Shown here one piece after another: positions 49,563 through 59,176 of a stretch of DNA of 64,000 bases. The notes under the pieces were generated by a model. That model was not told the origin of the DNA. It did not search any database and saw nothing but the letters and a program-made list of their open reading frames with translations. How positions within the stretch are numbered: position 1 is the stretch's first letter; each line of letters opens with the position of its first letter. Made by a program: the position numbers and the translations under genes. Source of the DNA: Parcubacteria group bacterium GW2011_GWD2_42_14 (GTDB lineage: Bacteria; Patescibacteriota; Minisyncoccia; Phycocordibacterales; UBA12088). The DNA is taken from positions 5,220 through 69,219 of the forward strand of contig LCCS01000007.1 in the NCBI GenBank assembly GCA_000998045.1, given 5' to 3'.

Positions 49563-50279
49563 ATGTTGAAACTACATGTGAGTGAGTCGCCAATGGACGA
49601 AGCGGGAGACGCGCTTGAGAAAGCTCTTGAGGAACAAAAAGATAAACACATTTTGCTTCTTTTTTCTGGAGGTAGCGCGATAACGCTTGTGAACTACCTG
49701 CATGCAAAAATTCTTTCTTCACACCACACCATTTCTGTACTTGATGAAAGGTATACCTTTGATCAAGACGAAAGTAATTTTTCAATACTGGAACGAACTT
49801 CTTTTTTTTCACAAGTAGCGGAGCTTGGTGTCCCTGTTCTTGATCCTCGTCCTCGTGCAAACGAAACACTTGAAGAAACAGCAAAACGTTTCGATCTTGC
49901 GCTTAAACATTGGCATATTAGTCATAGAGACGGGGTCGTACTTGCCACTATGGGTATTGGACCTGATGGCCATACATCAGGGATTCTTCCTATGCCTGAA
50001 AATACCAAAGATTTTGAAAAACTGTTCCTTGATGAAAAAAAATGTGCAGTTGGATATGAGTCATCACCAGAGAAAAACCCATATACAAAAAGAATTACTA
50101 CAACAGTTACGTACCTTACGCGACATGTCGAACAAGCAATCGTCTTTGCGTCAGGTGTGCCGAAAAGAGAGGTCCTTCAAAAAATAGTTGCAGGAGAAGG
50201 AGATATTGCGTCCATACCCGCTATGGTTCTGCAACAAATGAAGCATGTTGATTTGTATACTGACCTGTCACTGGCATAA
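49563..50279 (+). CDS. pgl: 6-phosphogluconolactonase
   Basis: LLFSGGS, LDER, MGIGPDGHTSG; start MLKLHV just after the gnd stop. Confidence 0.8.
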   Translation: MLKLHVSESPMDEAGDALEKALEEQKDKHILLLFSGGSAITLVNYLHAKILSSHHTISVLDERYTFDQDESNFSILERTSFFSQVAELGVPVLDPRPRANETLEETAKRFDLALKHWHISHRDGVVLATMGIGPDGHTSGILPMPENTKDFEKLFLDEKKCAVGYESSPEKNPYTKRITTTVTYLTRHVEQAIVFASGVPKREVLQKIVAGEGDIASIPAMVLQQMKHVDLYTDLSLA

Positions 50280-51129
50280 AGTGCTGTTGATATTTTCTTT
50301 GTAGCATCTCACAAATTGCACCTGCCACATTAATCTGTGTCACCCTTTCAAAAGTGCGAAATTGCGGTGACATGTTTACCTCTATGCGATAGTACGTGCC
50401 TTCGTGCTCCAGTAAATCAACTCCAGCGACGGAGAGTCCTGCTACCTGTGTCGCGTGTACGGCTAGGTCGATAGCTTGCTCTGGAAGCTCTACACATTCT
50501 CGCCTCCCTCCAGCTCGCACGGTAAGAAAATCTTCACCTTCGTTGTATCGCTTCATTACTCCAAGAGCAACCCCATCTATAACTATCACTCGATAGTCAA
50601 ATTGGATGGGGATATATTTCTGTAGAAGTATAGGAAAATTAAAAGTCTGAATAAAATCATCCAGCCCACTTCTGTTGTGCAACAACCGCACCTTTATACC
50701 CATACTACCCTCAAGACTTTTTGCAATGATAGGGTACTCTAGGGCATTGAGTACATTGCGGTGAGAAGAAAAAATAAGCCGATAGTCAAGTACTGGTATC
50801 CCATCATCCACCATAGTCGGTAAGAACTTATCAAAATAGGTTGCGCGGGTTGCAAATACATCTTCAACGATCACCTTGTTGTGCTTACGTAGATAATTTG
50901 CAATAACTGCCATTTCACTCGCAAGTTCGCCCAAACCACGAAAAAAATACACATCGTACTCAAGAATATTTCTACCATCATTTGCGGTTACCGAAGTTTG
51001 GTTATTAGTTACGGAAAAAATAACATCAGTCGGTGATACCATTTCAAATTGCAAACCTCTCTTAAAAAATTCTTCTTGCAGTCTTGTTGCTGCATGACAT
51101 TTGGTATTACCAACAAGGAGCGTTTTCAT
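50221..51129 (-). CDS. RimK-family ATP-grasp ligase
   Basis: YPIIAKSLEGSMG, LLQKYIP..FDYRVIV, AGVDLL, IEVNMSPQF. Confidence 0.85.
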   Translation of the reverse strand: MKTLLVGNTKCHAATRLQEEFFKRGLQFEMVSPTDVIFSVTNNQTSVTANDGRNILEYDVYFFRGLGELASEMAVIANYLRKHNKVIVEDVFATRATYFDKFLPTMVDDGIPVLDYRLIFSSHRNVLNALEYPIIAKSLEGSMGIKVRLLHNRSGLDDFIQTFNFPILLQKYIPIQFDYRVIVIDGVALGVMKRYNEGEDFLTVRAGGRRECVELPEQAIDLAVHATQVAGLSVAGVDLLEHEGTYYRIEVNMSPQFRTFERVTQINVAGAICEMLQRKYQQHFMPVTGQYTNQHASFVAEP

Positions 51130-51248
51130 CCCGTTAGAGACAGGTCACAACGTGACCGTCGGTTAAATTAGTAATTTTTGGCATATGTATCATATTCTAT
51201 ATTTGAAACTACTTTCAGAAACATTACAGTTTTGGTCTCTAACGGGAC
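51128..51248. mobile_element. ~121-bp TIR element (family S), copy B
   Basis: ATCCCGTTAGAGAC...GTCTCTAACGGGAC; overlaps the RimK-like ATG and the TAG of 51239-51643. Confidence 0.85.
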
Positions 51249-51643
51249 TCATAACAACTGCGTGACGCAAACACTTCTTGAGGCGTGGGACTTACACCTC
51301 CTTTGATTTCAGCTACTCGGGCAGAACCAAGTGTCGCAACAAAACAAGCTTCCATTTCAGGAGTGAGGGTACTTGGAAGTGATTCAGGGTTAATACCTAT
51401 TGCCCTAAGAGCAGATTCTTGCTCTGGGGAAAGCTTTGAATTTTTCTCAAGTGAAGAAGTTTCTGTATTGTCACCAGTAGGCCGAGCTTGCTGCTCCCCG
51501 GAAAATTCCGAGTCTGAAGTCATGAGTGAGATAAGCGGGCGAACATTAAACGGGTCTGCAAACCAAAGGTACGCAAGTACACAGAGAAGTATAAAAAAGA
51601 TAACTCCAAGCGTGGTAAAAAAATAATTGAAAAATTTCTTCAT
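51239..51643 (-). CDS. Membrane-anchored hypothetical protein
   Basis: N-terminal TM; C-terminal helical domain with two Cys. Confidence 0.7.
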   Translation of the reverse strand: MKKFFNYFFTTLGVIFFILLCVLAYLWFADPFNVRPLISLMTSDSEFSGEQQARPTGDNTETSSLEKNSKLSPEQESALRAIGINPESLPSTLTPEMEACFVATLGSARVAEIKGGVSPTPQEVFASRSCYESR

Positions 51644-51717
51644 TTTGACAGAGACAGATTATATGTATAAAAAGCTTGTCTAAGCAGTAGTAGTACTACC
51701 AAAAACACATGTGCGTA

Positions 51718-52476
51718 CTATACACTTTTTTTACCTTTCGTGTGGTACGATTTCCACGCATAGAACACCACCGCAGAACTTGAAGCAACGTTCAAAGATT
51801 CCACTTCTTTCTCAATAGGTATGGAGAGTCGGAAGTCACACACATCTTCAGTTTTTTCACGAAGGCCTTTGCCCTCATTCCCAAGCACAAATACTGATGG
51901 TTTTGTAAAGTTTTCATCAGGAATACTTGTATCACCATCTCCAGCAAGTCCATATATCCAGAAACCTCGTTCCTTCAAATCACGCAATGTTGTGTTAACG
52001 TTTCCTATCGTCACCAAAGGTAATGCAAACGCCATGCCAGCAGACACTTTCACGACCGTGCCAGTGACGGGTGCTTGTCGGTACTCAGGTATCAAAACGC
52101 CTGAAATGCCGAACGCTGCAGCGTTACGTATCACTGCTCCGACATTATGAGGATCAGTAAGCTCGTTAAGTACGACAAGTGCAGTAGTATCCGTAATAGT
52201 AAGACCCTCAATAAAAGGTTTATATGGTTTGAGTATTTTGTTGGGAGAAACACGAGCCACCACACCTTGATGTACTGCATCCTTACCCACATCCCGAGGA
52301 AGGTGATCTTCATCACATCGGTCAAAAGTAACGGACAGTTCTTCAACTTTCGCTCTAATTTTTTCTGCCTCACGTCCACCGACAAAATAGACATGCTGTA
52401 CAGTCTCTGGTGCTCGGGTAAGTGCCTCAAAAACAGCATGCGTACCGAATATGTAGGTTTGATCTCTATTTTTCAT
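51718..52476 (-). CDS. rlmB: 23S rRNA Gm2251 2'-O-methyltransferase (TrmH/SpoU family)
   Basis: HQGVVA, TDPHNVGAVIR, LGNEGKGL, ESLNVA. Confidence 0.9.
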   Translation of the reverse strand: MKNRDQTYIFGTHAVFEALTRAPETVQHVYFVGGREAEKIRAKVEELSVTFDRCDEDHLPRDVGKDAVHQGVVARVSPNKILKPYKPFIEGLTITDTTALVVLNELTDPHNVGAVIRNAAAFGISGVLIPEYRQAPVTGTVVKVSAGMAFALPLVTIGNVNTTLRDLKERGFWIYGLAGDGDTSIPDENFTKPSVFVLGNEGKGLREKTEDVCDFRLSIPIEKEVESLNVASSSAVVFYAWKSYHTKGKKSV

Positions 52477-52596
52477 CCCGTTAGAGACAGGTCACGAAGT
52501 GACCGTCGGTTAAACTGATAATATTTGTTTCCTGTACGTTATTCATGATACTTTCTGTAGGTGTGTTCTTCTACGCTTTCTCGTCTCTAACGGGAT
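52475..52596. mobile_element. ~122-bp TIR element (family S), copy C, at the rlmB start codon
   Basis: Perfect 14-bp TIRs; TTCAT on both sides. Confidence 0.85.
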
Positions 52597-52768
52597 TCAT
52601 GATTGTATAGGTAATCCCAGGACACCTGTAATACCATACAAACGAGTACAACGCAATCAAAACCGTAGTACCGAGTTTGCGAGCCTGCCCGCCGTGGCGG
52701 GTAAAAGTTACCGAGTCGCGGAAAATCTGCATAGATATGCGACAGCATACGTTTGAGTTTAAGTGCAC

Positions 52769-53917
52769 TTAAAACTTTCCGGATGAAGCTGGAATTAGTG
52801 TGCTTCTAAAGCTAACTTCTTCTTGATAACAAGTTCTTCCAGTATCATGGGTATACCATTTTGAACCCGCATCCATATATCGCGTAGTTTGTTGTGTTTC
52901 TGACGGAAGTGCAAATGTTGCACAAAGTTCAAATCCTCCGGTACTCAACCCTTCTCTCGTCTCAAGTGGCCTAACCACGCGATACTCGTATTGAGCACCT
53001 GTCTCAGGATCACGTCTGTTTGCACAGTACGAGAGCGAGCTATTTTTCTCCAATTCCGAGAGATTTGATGGTAGACGCTCAAACTGATTTGCAAAGCCGT
53101 TAACACACATCGCCAGTTCATCAAGGTCACTTGATCGTCGAGCGTCAAATGTTCGATCTCGTTCACTTGCGGGTGAGCCGGTCGCAACAAACCCAAGAAT
53201 AATTCCCAAGAGTGTAATACCCACGAGGCCCCAGCCAAACATTTGGAATGACGTGCGTTGTATGTCACCTCGATATTGTATTTTCTTTCGTTCAAGGAAA
53301 TAAAAGCCAAAGATAGAGCTAGCGAGTACCAATACTGTGATACCCTTAAGGAAGAAGCGAATACTTATTTCTCCTTGCAAGAACGTGTACAAAATGGTGA
53401 TGAGGTCACCCACAATAACTACCGCAGCTACAAGGAGTACGAGGTACGTAACCCATTTTGTGAGATTTGACTCAACCTTATTCTCCTCTTCCCGAAACTT
53501 CTTAAACCACATACGAATAGCCATCACAAACAACGGTACTCCTATGATGAGTCCTGCCATTGCGTAGTGTATCGCATTACTTGCTCCACCGTAGTAGTAC
53601 ACAGACTGGAGTGGGTCTGGGAAAAAGTGCTCAATTATTTTAAAGTAGAGTGTTCCAAGCGCAGTTGTAATAATACCAAGCAGTATGAAAGAAAAAAGGT
53701 TTAACACCACTTCTACCGTACTTGATTTTTTTGCAAAGAGTCCGCGTGTTCCTTTCTGTGGCACGGGCACTCCTCCATCCACAAGTGCTTGTGCATATGC
53801 TGTACTAGCCTCATCTTCAGACCAACCAACCGCAACAAGCTGTTCTAGAATGTCTTTCTTTGAAACTCTTTGTTCGATTTGTTTGGCAATATATGCCGAT
53901 AATGTTTGAGGTTCCAT
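52769..53917 (-). CDS. CPR multi-TM protein (DUF5671-like) with pilin-like C-terminal domain
   Basis: KWVTYLVLLVAAVVIVGDLI; DARRSSDL...DPETGAQYEY...FELCATF. Confidence 0.7.
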   Translation of the reverse strand: MEPQTLSAYIAKQIEQRVSKKDILEQLVAVGWSEDEASTAYAQALVDGGVPVPQKGTRGLFAKKSSTVEVVLNLFSFILLGIITTALGTLYFKIIEHFFPDPLQSVYYYGGASNAIHYAMAGLIIGVPLFVMAIRMWFKKFREEENKVESNLTKWVTYLVLLVAAVVIVGDLITILYTFLQGEISIRFFLKGITVLVLASSIFGFYFLERKKIQYRGDIQRTSFQMFGWGLVGITLLGIILGFVATGSPASERDRTFDARRSSDLDELAMCVNGFANQFERLPSNLSELEKNSSLSYCANRRDPETGAQYEYRVVRPLETREGLSTGGFELCATFALPSETQQTTRYMDAGSKWYTHDTGRTCYQEEVSFRSTLIPASSGKF

Positions 53918-53985
53918 AAGTATATGAGTGAGTACTAATATATAAACTGTAGCACGCGTGGGTAGTTATGCAATCAGTAAACAAG

Positions 53986-54013
53986 CAAGGTCATGTGTTA
54001 CCACATGACCTTG
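53986..54013. terminator. Hairpin downstream of the PhoH gene
   Basis: CAAGGTCATGTG-TTAC-CACATGACCTTG. Confidence 0.6.
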
Positions 54014-54034
54014 TAAAAATAACCGGCATCCTGG

Positions 54035-55822
54035 TTATTTCCCGTAATACTGAGCAATCCGTGCAGCGAGTCTCCCACGTTCAACCGTCCGAAGCGTTAT
54101 GAGGTTCATCAAATCGGTACCACGTGTTGCATCAATCAGTTTCGCAACACCAGAATCCCGGAAAGATATACCAACATCATCCTGCTCCACATTTCCCGTA
54201 AGGACTAACTGCCCACCTTCCTGTACACGCGAGCCAAGCATTTTACCTTGATTTGTTTTCGTGTGCTGTGCTTCGTCGATCAAAGCGATGTTAGAGATAT
54301 TTGCACCTCGAAGAAGACTCACGCTTTCAAAACTCGTGCCTTCCCCTTGAAGATGCACCCACAAGGCTTCCAGTCTAGCTATCTCGTCACTTACATAGCC
54401 TCCACCTTTTACTTGCTGACCGGCTTTTTTGGTTGCCACCCTATCTCTCCGGTACTGTCGTCGCTTGGATTTAGGTAGAGTCTTTATATCGACAGCCAGT
54501 GTATCTTCCTCCGCCACTTTTTTTTCATTTGCACAAAACTTCTTTTTCTCCTTAATATCTTTTGAGAGTAAACGCAGGAGGGTATCTCTACCTCCCAATA
54601 CTCCAGGAAGAAAGTTTTTGATTTTCGATTCCACACTGCCAGGAAGAAAACCAATCGATTCCCCAGATTCAACAGCATCACGAGAAACCTGAACTATTTT
54701 ATGCACACCATTTTTGATTTGTTGGTATGCACAAGCAAGGGTTATAAAAGTCTTACCTGTACCAGCTCCACCCTCTGCAATAACCAAGGGCGTCCTGTAG
54801 TCCAAAATTGCATTGACAAGGCAATTTTGTTCTGCATTCATAGCATGAACGTAGAAAACTTTTTCTTGGTACTGATAATCTTTCAGTTCCCGTACATGAA
54901 CGGTTTGTGCGTTTACTTTCTCAAGCACAATGTACTGCCGCTCTGTCTCAGGCTCCAGTTGCCGACGCGTTTCAGAATCCAGAGGTCGCCCAAAAATAAG
55001 AAATTCATACATCACCACGTTTTCAAATTCTTTCCCTTTAAAAACGTACTCCCTTTTTCCGTCCTGCTGTGGTATTGGGTGTGGCATTTCTCCATCTTCG
55101 GTCTTTTGCCTTCGCAATAACTCCAAAGGGAAGTAATGTACGCCCTTTGAACGAAAACTCTCTTCACTTGGAGTTTCATTCAGGTACGTTTCGACACGTA
55201 AACCCACGAGTAACCCAACGATACGCATGATGTTGTCAAAAGAAACGAGTAAAAAGTCATGACTTTTTCCTTCGGGTAACACAGCATCCTCTTTTCTCTT
55301 CTTGAGACAAGAGCGTAGAATTTCATGATCAGAATTATCCGGATCAAGAAATTTTTCCAACTCATTTTCTTTGGGCATTTCGAAAAACAGTTTCGCCTTG
55401 AAATGCTTCCTGCTTCTACCATTGGGAATTTTCTCCCCCGGCTTTATCAAAGGAATCCCATTTTTTATTTGGCTCATTGGAACACTTTCTGTAAGGTATA
55501 AAAGCATTTTCGCAGCTGTGCGAGCATTCCTTGTTTGCTTCTCATCCCCTCCTTTCTTTGGAACTTTTTTTCTATCAAGCTCCAGTAATACCTTTAGTGG
55601 TATAAAAATATCATTGTCGTCATCTTTAGGGTCCTTACCGTTGAAGTGAAACATGGCCAAAGGATCTGTCATAAGAATATTCGTATCAAGGGCAATGAGT
55701 TTCCTTTTTTTTGCTCCCTTGTACATACAAGAACTACCAAAAGGGGTTTGTTTTTTTTGTACCCTCTTTTTGTTGTTTGATTTCTTTACTGGTCTTGTAG
55801 TCCCACCGGTGATTGTTGGCAT
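54035..55822 (-). CDS. PIN-PhoH (PhoH2-like) ATPase
   Basis: PIN ALDTNILMTDP; Walker A GGAGTGKT; IGFLPG; LIDEAQ. AAGGAGG precedes MPTITG at 55822. Confidence 0.82.
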   Translation of the reverse strand: MPTITGGTTRPVKKSNNKKRVQKKQTPFGSSCMYKGAKKRKLIALDTNILMTDPLAMFHFNGKDPKDDDNDIFIPLKVLLELDRKKVPKKGGDEKQTRNARTAAKMLLYLTESVPMSQIKNGIPLIKPGEKIPNGRSRKHFKAKLFFEMPKENELEKFLDPDNSDHEILRSCLKKRKEDAVLPEGKSHDFLLVSFDNIMRIVGLLVGLRVETYLNETPSEESFRSKGVHYFPLELLRRQKTEDGEMPHPIPQQDGKREYVFKGKEFENVVMYEFLIFGRPLDSETRRQLEPETERQYIVLEKVNAQTVHVRELKDYQYQEKVFYVHAMNAEQNCLVNAILDYRTPLVIAEGGAGTGKTFITLACAYQQIKNGVHKIVQVSRDAVESGESIGFLPGSVESKIKNFLPGVLGGRDTLLRLLSKDIKEKKKFCANEKKVAEEDTLAVDIKTLPKSKRRQYRRDRVATKKAGQQVKGGGYVSDEIARLEALWVHLQGEGTSFESVSLLRGANISNIALIDEAQHTKTNQGKMLGSRVQEGGQLVLTGNVEQDDVGISFRDSGVAKLIDATRGTDLMNLITLRTVERGRLAARIAQYYGK

Positions 55823-55916
55823 GGGTAGCCTCCTTGGTAGATTGTTTGTATTTCTTCTGTAAAGGTCCAGAAACCTACTTCCACTGTACATTTTTTACCC
55901 ATTTTGTCTATGACGC

Positions 55917-55948
55917 AAAAATCCCCGAACGTCAAGACGTCGGGGATT
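55917..55948 (-). terminator. Rho-independent terminator
   Basis: AATCCCCGA...TCGGGGATT with A-tract on + strand. Confidence 0.65.
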
Positions 55949-55962
55949 AAAGAACGAAAGAA

Positions 55963-56571
55963 CTACAATTCTGATGGGTTATATCGCGACCCACCTGGCA
56001 ATTCTTTCCTTGCATTACAGTCCATGTCGGCCCTGTGGTAGATGGTACCAAACGTCTCGTCACAAGAAATTGTGGAGGCTGTCCCATAAGTGAAATTGGT
56101 ATTCACCTTATCACCCTCCGCAAAAGAAAAATGGTACTGTGCAAATTTTTTCTGAGCACGTTTCATAATTTCGCGTATTACTTCATCCGAAGTATCGGTA
56201 AAAATAATAACAAACTCATCTCCATAGAGGTGCCCAACGACTTCATCGGGACGAGTGGAGTGGAGCAATATTTCTCCTGCCACCTTCAACACTTTGTCAC
56301 CATTTTTGTGCCCGTAACGATTATTAACTAGGCCAAAATGATCAAGGTCTATGGCAACAACCGTGATTTTTTGAAACAAACCGCGGTGAAAATGACCAAA
56401 GATTGACCGCACTACCGCTTCCAGTCCACGCTCGTTGGGAAGACCTGAAATAGAACTTGCATATGCTTGGATTTTTGTGTACTCAAGCTTACGATATAGG
56501 TACCACAGTGCGAGGAATTGTATAAAAATTAAAAACCACGCGAGCCACTCAGAATGTCCCATAACCTTCAC
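55963..56571 (-). CDS. Membrane-anchored GGDEF-domain protein (YGDEF variant)
   Basis: SGLPNER, IDLDHFGLVNNRYGHKNGDKVL, YGDEFVII. Confidence 0.85.
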   Translation of the reverse strand: MKVMGHSEWLAWFLIFIQFLALWYLYRKLEYTKIQAYASSISGLPNERGLEAVVRSIFGHFHRGLFQKITVVAIDLDHFGLVNNRYGHKNGDKVLKVAGEILLHSTRPDEVVGHLYGDEFVIIFTDTSDEVIREIMKRAQKKFAQYHFSFAEGDKVNTNFTYGTASTISCDETFGTIYHRADMDCNARKELPGGSRYNPSEL

Positions 56572-56816
56572 CCTTTGTTAATTTTCCTTATTTCTAGAAC
56601 GTACCCATCCTGTCTGTATTATATCACTATATATAGCATTATGTCAATGCATTTTGGGTAAAATACCCATATATGTAGAGCTAAATTATGAAGTGTAAAG
56701 TCAAAAGTAGTAAGCTCATATAATACAAGTTTTTGTTTTTTGCTCACGGCTCTCGGCTCAAGGCTAATACCCCGCCATAGCGAGACAAGCTTTCAACTTT
56801 CAAGTCTTTGTATAAA

Positions 56817-56936
56817 GGACCTACGCAAGCGGATGCAGTTCGAGGCGCGCAAACAAAATACTACGAGGCGTATTAGGTATACGATGAGGAGTATTTTGTG
56901 CAGCGCAACGATGAAATGCGCCGTTTGCGTAGGACC
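56817..56936. mobile_element. 120-bp palindromic element (family P) abutting the ABC-F TAG stop
   Basis: GGACCTACGCAAGCGG...CCGTTTGCGTAGGACC; last base overlaps TAG 56936-56938. Confidence 0.85.
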
Positions 56937-58414
56937 TATTTCTTTTTTTTATCGAGGTCGATAGTATCGTCGATACGAATTTGCGCCACAAACTCAGGGA
57001 CGTGAGACACAAGGAGCATAGCCCCTTCATACGAGTCGAGTGCCTTTGCTATCACAGGAATATGTCGGAAGTTGATATGATTGGTTGGCTCATCAAGAAT
57101 AATAAGTCCGGGTTTAAGCAAAACGAGTCGAGCAAACGCCACCAATCCTTTTTGCCCTTCAGAGAGAAGTCCAATCTTCGTGTTAATGATATCACTCGTT
57201 ATTAAAAACCCCGCTGCTGTTGCGCGCATGTCTTCTTGGAATTTTTCCTCCATTACCGACATAAGACAATCATAGACGGTCTGATCAAAATCGAGGTTTG
57301 AAAAATCTTGTCGGTAGTACCCTATCTTTACACCCTGCGCCACCATTTCCCCCTTTGCATGTCCTTTGGCAAGCGACTCGAGAAGTGTCGTTTTCCCTAT
57401 ACCGTTCGGTCCTACGATTTGAAAGTGTTGCCCCCTTTTCAAGACTACATCACATTTGACCTCTTTAGGAGTGTGGTCGCGAATAACGGTATACGACGTA
57501 AGCCGTAAAATCTCTGAGGGTATGTCCTGTTGGACCGGTATTGTAAATCGTCGAATCGCTCGGTCTTCTTTTCGCACCTCTACCTTGTTCTCCTCATGTT
57601 CTTCCACTTTCTCTCGCATCCGTTTGGCAACGAGACGCATCCCCCCACCTTTATGTGCAAAGAAGTTTGCTTTATCTTTGTTTGCCTGAATCTCCTTTTC
57701 CAATTGCGCATTCTTCCTTTTTTCTTTGAGTACGCGAGCAGCTATTTCCTCGACAACGTCATGATAATCGCCTTCGTACCGTTCGATGGTGTGCATTTGT
57801 TCATTCAAGTACAACACGCCGTGAGTAAAAGCATTCAAAAAGTCGGCATCGTGTGAAATGACAATCACGGTCTTTGTGTATGTCTTCAAAAACTCAGTGA
57901 GATGTTCTATCCCAGCGCTGTCTAGGTTGTTGGTTGGTTCATCGAGCAATAGCACATCTGGATTTTGGATAAGCGCGGAAGCCAATAGGAGACGTGCTTG
58001 TTGTCCTCCGGAAAAACTCCCAACTATTCTATCTTTGAACGAGTCACGTACTTTAGGATTCTTGGGTAAAAGATTCACTACCTCAAGTATCTCGTCAATT
58101 TTTGGATCAATGTTGTACACTTTTTCAGGAAAGCATGCTTCAAAAAATTCTCGCACTGAGAGGAGAAGCTCGTCTCGTGGTATCACTTGCCGTGAGATCG
58201 CAATACTGGTATGTGGCATAACATTTACCTTTCCTTCATCGGGCTTATATAGCCCTCCTATTAGGCCAAAGAGCGTGCTCTTACCTGCACCGTTTTGCCC
58301 CATGAGAGTAAGCTTCGCTCCACGTCGAATAGAAAAACTTGTCTCAACAAGAATTGGTTTATGCACACTATGTTCGAATGACACGGTGTCAAACGATATA
58401 AGTCCTCGAGGCAC
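56936..58414 (-). CDS. ABC-F family ATPase
   Basis: Two ABC domains (GQNGAGKS/FSGGQQ/LDEPTNNLD; GPNGIGKT/LSEGQ/LDEPTNH); no TM. Confidence 0.92.
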   Translation of the reverse strand: MPRGLISFDTVSFEHSVHKPILVETSFSIRRGAKLTLMGQNGAGKSTLFGLIGGLYKPDEGKVNVMPHTSIAISRQVIPRDELLLSVREFFEACFPEKVYNIDPKIDEILEVVNLLPKNPKVRDSFKDRIVGSFSGGQQARLLLASALIQNPDVLLLDEPTNNLDSAGIEHLTEFLKTYTKTVIVISHDADFLNAFTHGVLYLNEQMHTIERYEGDYHDVVEEIAARVLKEKRKNAQLEKEIQANKDKANFFAHKGGGMRLVAKRMREKVEEHEENKVEVRKEDRAIRRFTIPVQQDIPSEILRLTSYTVIRDHTPKEVKCDVVLKRGQHFQIVGPNGIGKTTLLESLAKGHAKGEMVAQGVKIGYYRQDFSNLDFDQTVYDCLMSVMEEKFQEDMRATAAGFLITSDIINTKIGLLSEGQKGLVAFARLVLLKPGLIILDEPTNHINFRHIPVIAKALDSYEGAMLLVSHVPEFVAQIRIDDTIDLDKKKK

Positions 58415-58433
58415 ACTCTATCAACGGTGTGCC

Positions 58434-58533
58434 AAAGTTGAATGTTAAAAGTTGAAAGTTGAAAGCACTTTTTACGCAAGCCCGCATATGCGGGCTTGCG
58501 AACTTTTAACTTAGTACTTTCAACTTTTAACTT
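58434..58533. repeat. Heptad-arm inverted element with GC hairpin core
   Basis: (AAAGTTR)n - CGCAAGCCCGCATATGCGGGCTTGCG - (AACTTTY)n. Confidence 0.7.
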
Positions 58534-58609
58534 GGTGAGAGTTGCGATATTTTTATCTATCTGTAGTATCTACCACAGAATCAACAAACCAATATAATAG
58601 GAGAACAGT

Positions 58610-59125
58610 ATGGATAACCCTCAAGAAGAAAAGAAACTATCCTTAGCAGCAGTGTGTTTACTTTATAAAGAAGGGAAAATCCTTCTTGCTTGGAAAACTG
58701 ACAAAATCGGTAAAGATACATGGAATGGATACGGTGGTGGTGTTGAACAAGGTGAGACGATTGAAGAATGTGCTCTTCGAGAATTGGAAGAGGAAACAGA
58801 TGGTGTTATAGCACTGCAACGGAATCTCGAAAAAATAGCAATCGTACATTTTCATAACACCATGACCACAGGAGAAACTTTTGTCTGCGTCGTTCATTTT
58901 TTCTTGGTAGATAAATGGTTGGGTGAAGTACACGAAACAAAGGAAATGATACATCCGCGATGGTTCCCCATTGACGCACTACCGTTCCATGAAATGATGC
59001 CTTCAGACAAAGACTGGCTTCCTATCGCCCTTGGAGGAAGTAAGATTATTGTCCACGCACACCTTGGACCATTTCAGAAAGAGTTACTCCGTCCAACAGA
59101 AATCGAGTACGTAACTGAGTTTTAA
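58610..59125 (+). CDS. Nudix hydrolase (MTH1/8-oxo-dGTPase-like)
   Basis: WNGYGGGVEQGETIEECALRELEEE; EMIHPRWF; MMPSDKDW. Confidence 0.88.
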   Translation: MDNPQEEKKLSLAAVCLLYKEGKILLAWKTDKIGKDTWNGYGGGVEQGETIEECALRELEEETDGVIALQRNLEKIAIVHFHNTMTTGETFVCVVHFFLVDKWLGEVHETKEMIHPRWFPIDALPFHEMMPSDKDWLPIALGGSKIIVHAHLGPFQKELLRPTEIEYVTEF

Positions 59126-59142
59126 CCTATTTTCCTACACAA

Positions 59143-59176
59143 AAACGCTTCCTCGTCCTAAGACTTGGGAGCGTTT
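59143..59176. terminator. Hairpin terminator
   Basis: AAACGCTTCC...GGGAGCGTTT after the Nudix stop. Confidence 0.5.

Noticed and set aside
22778-56936. 120-bp palindromes as integron attC sites
   Set aside because: They lack RYYYAAC/GTTRRRY ends, follow core genes rather than cassettes, and no integrase is seen.
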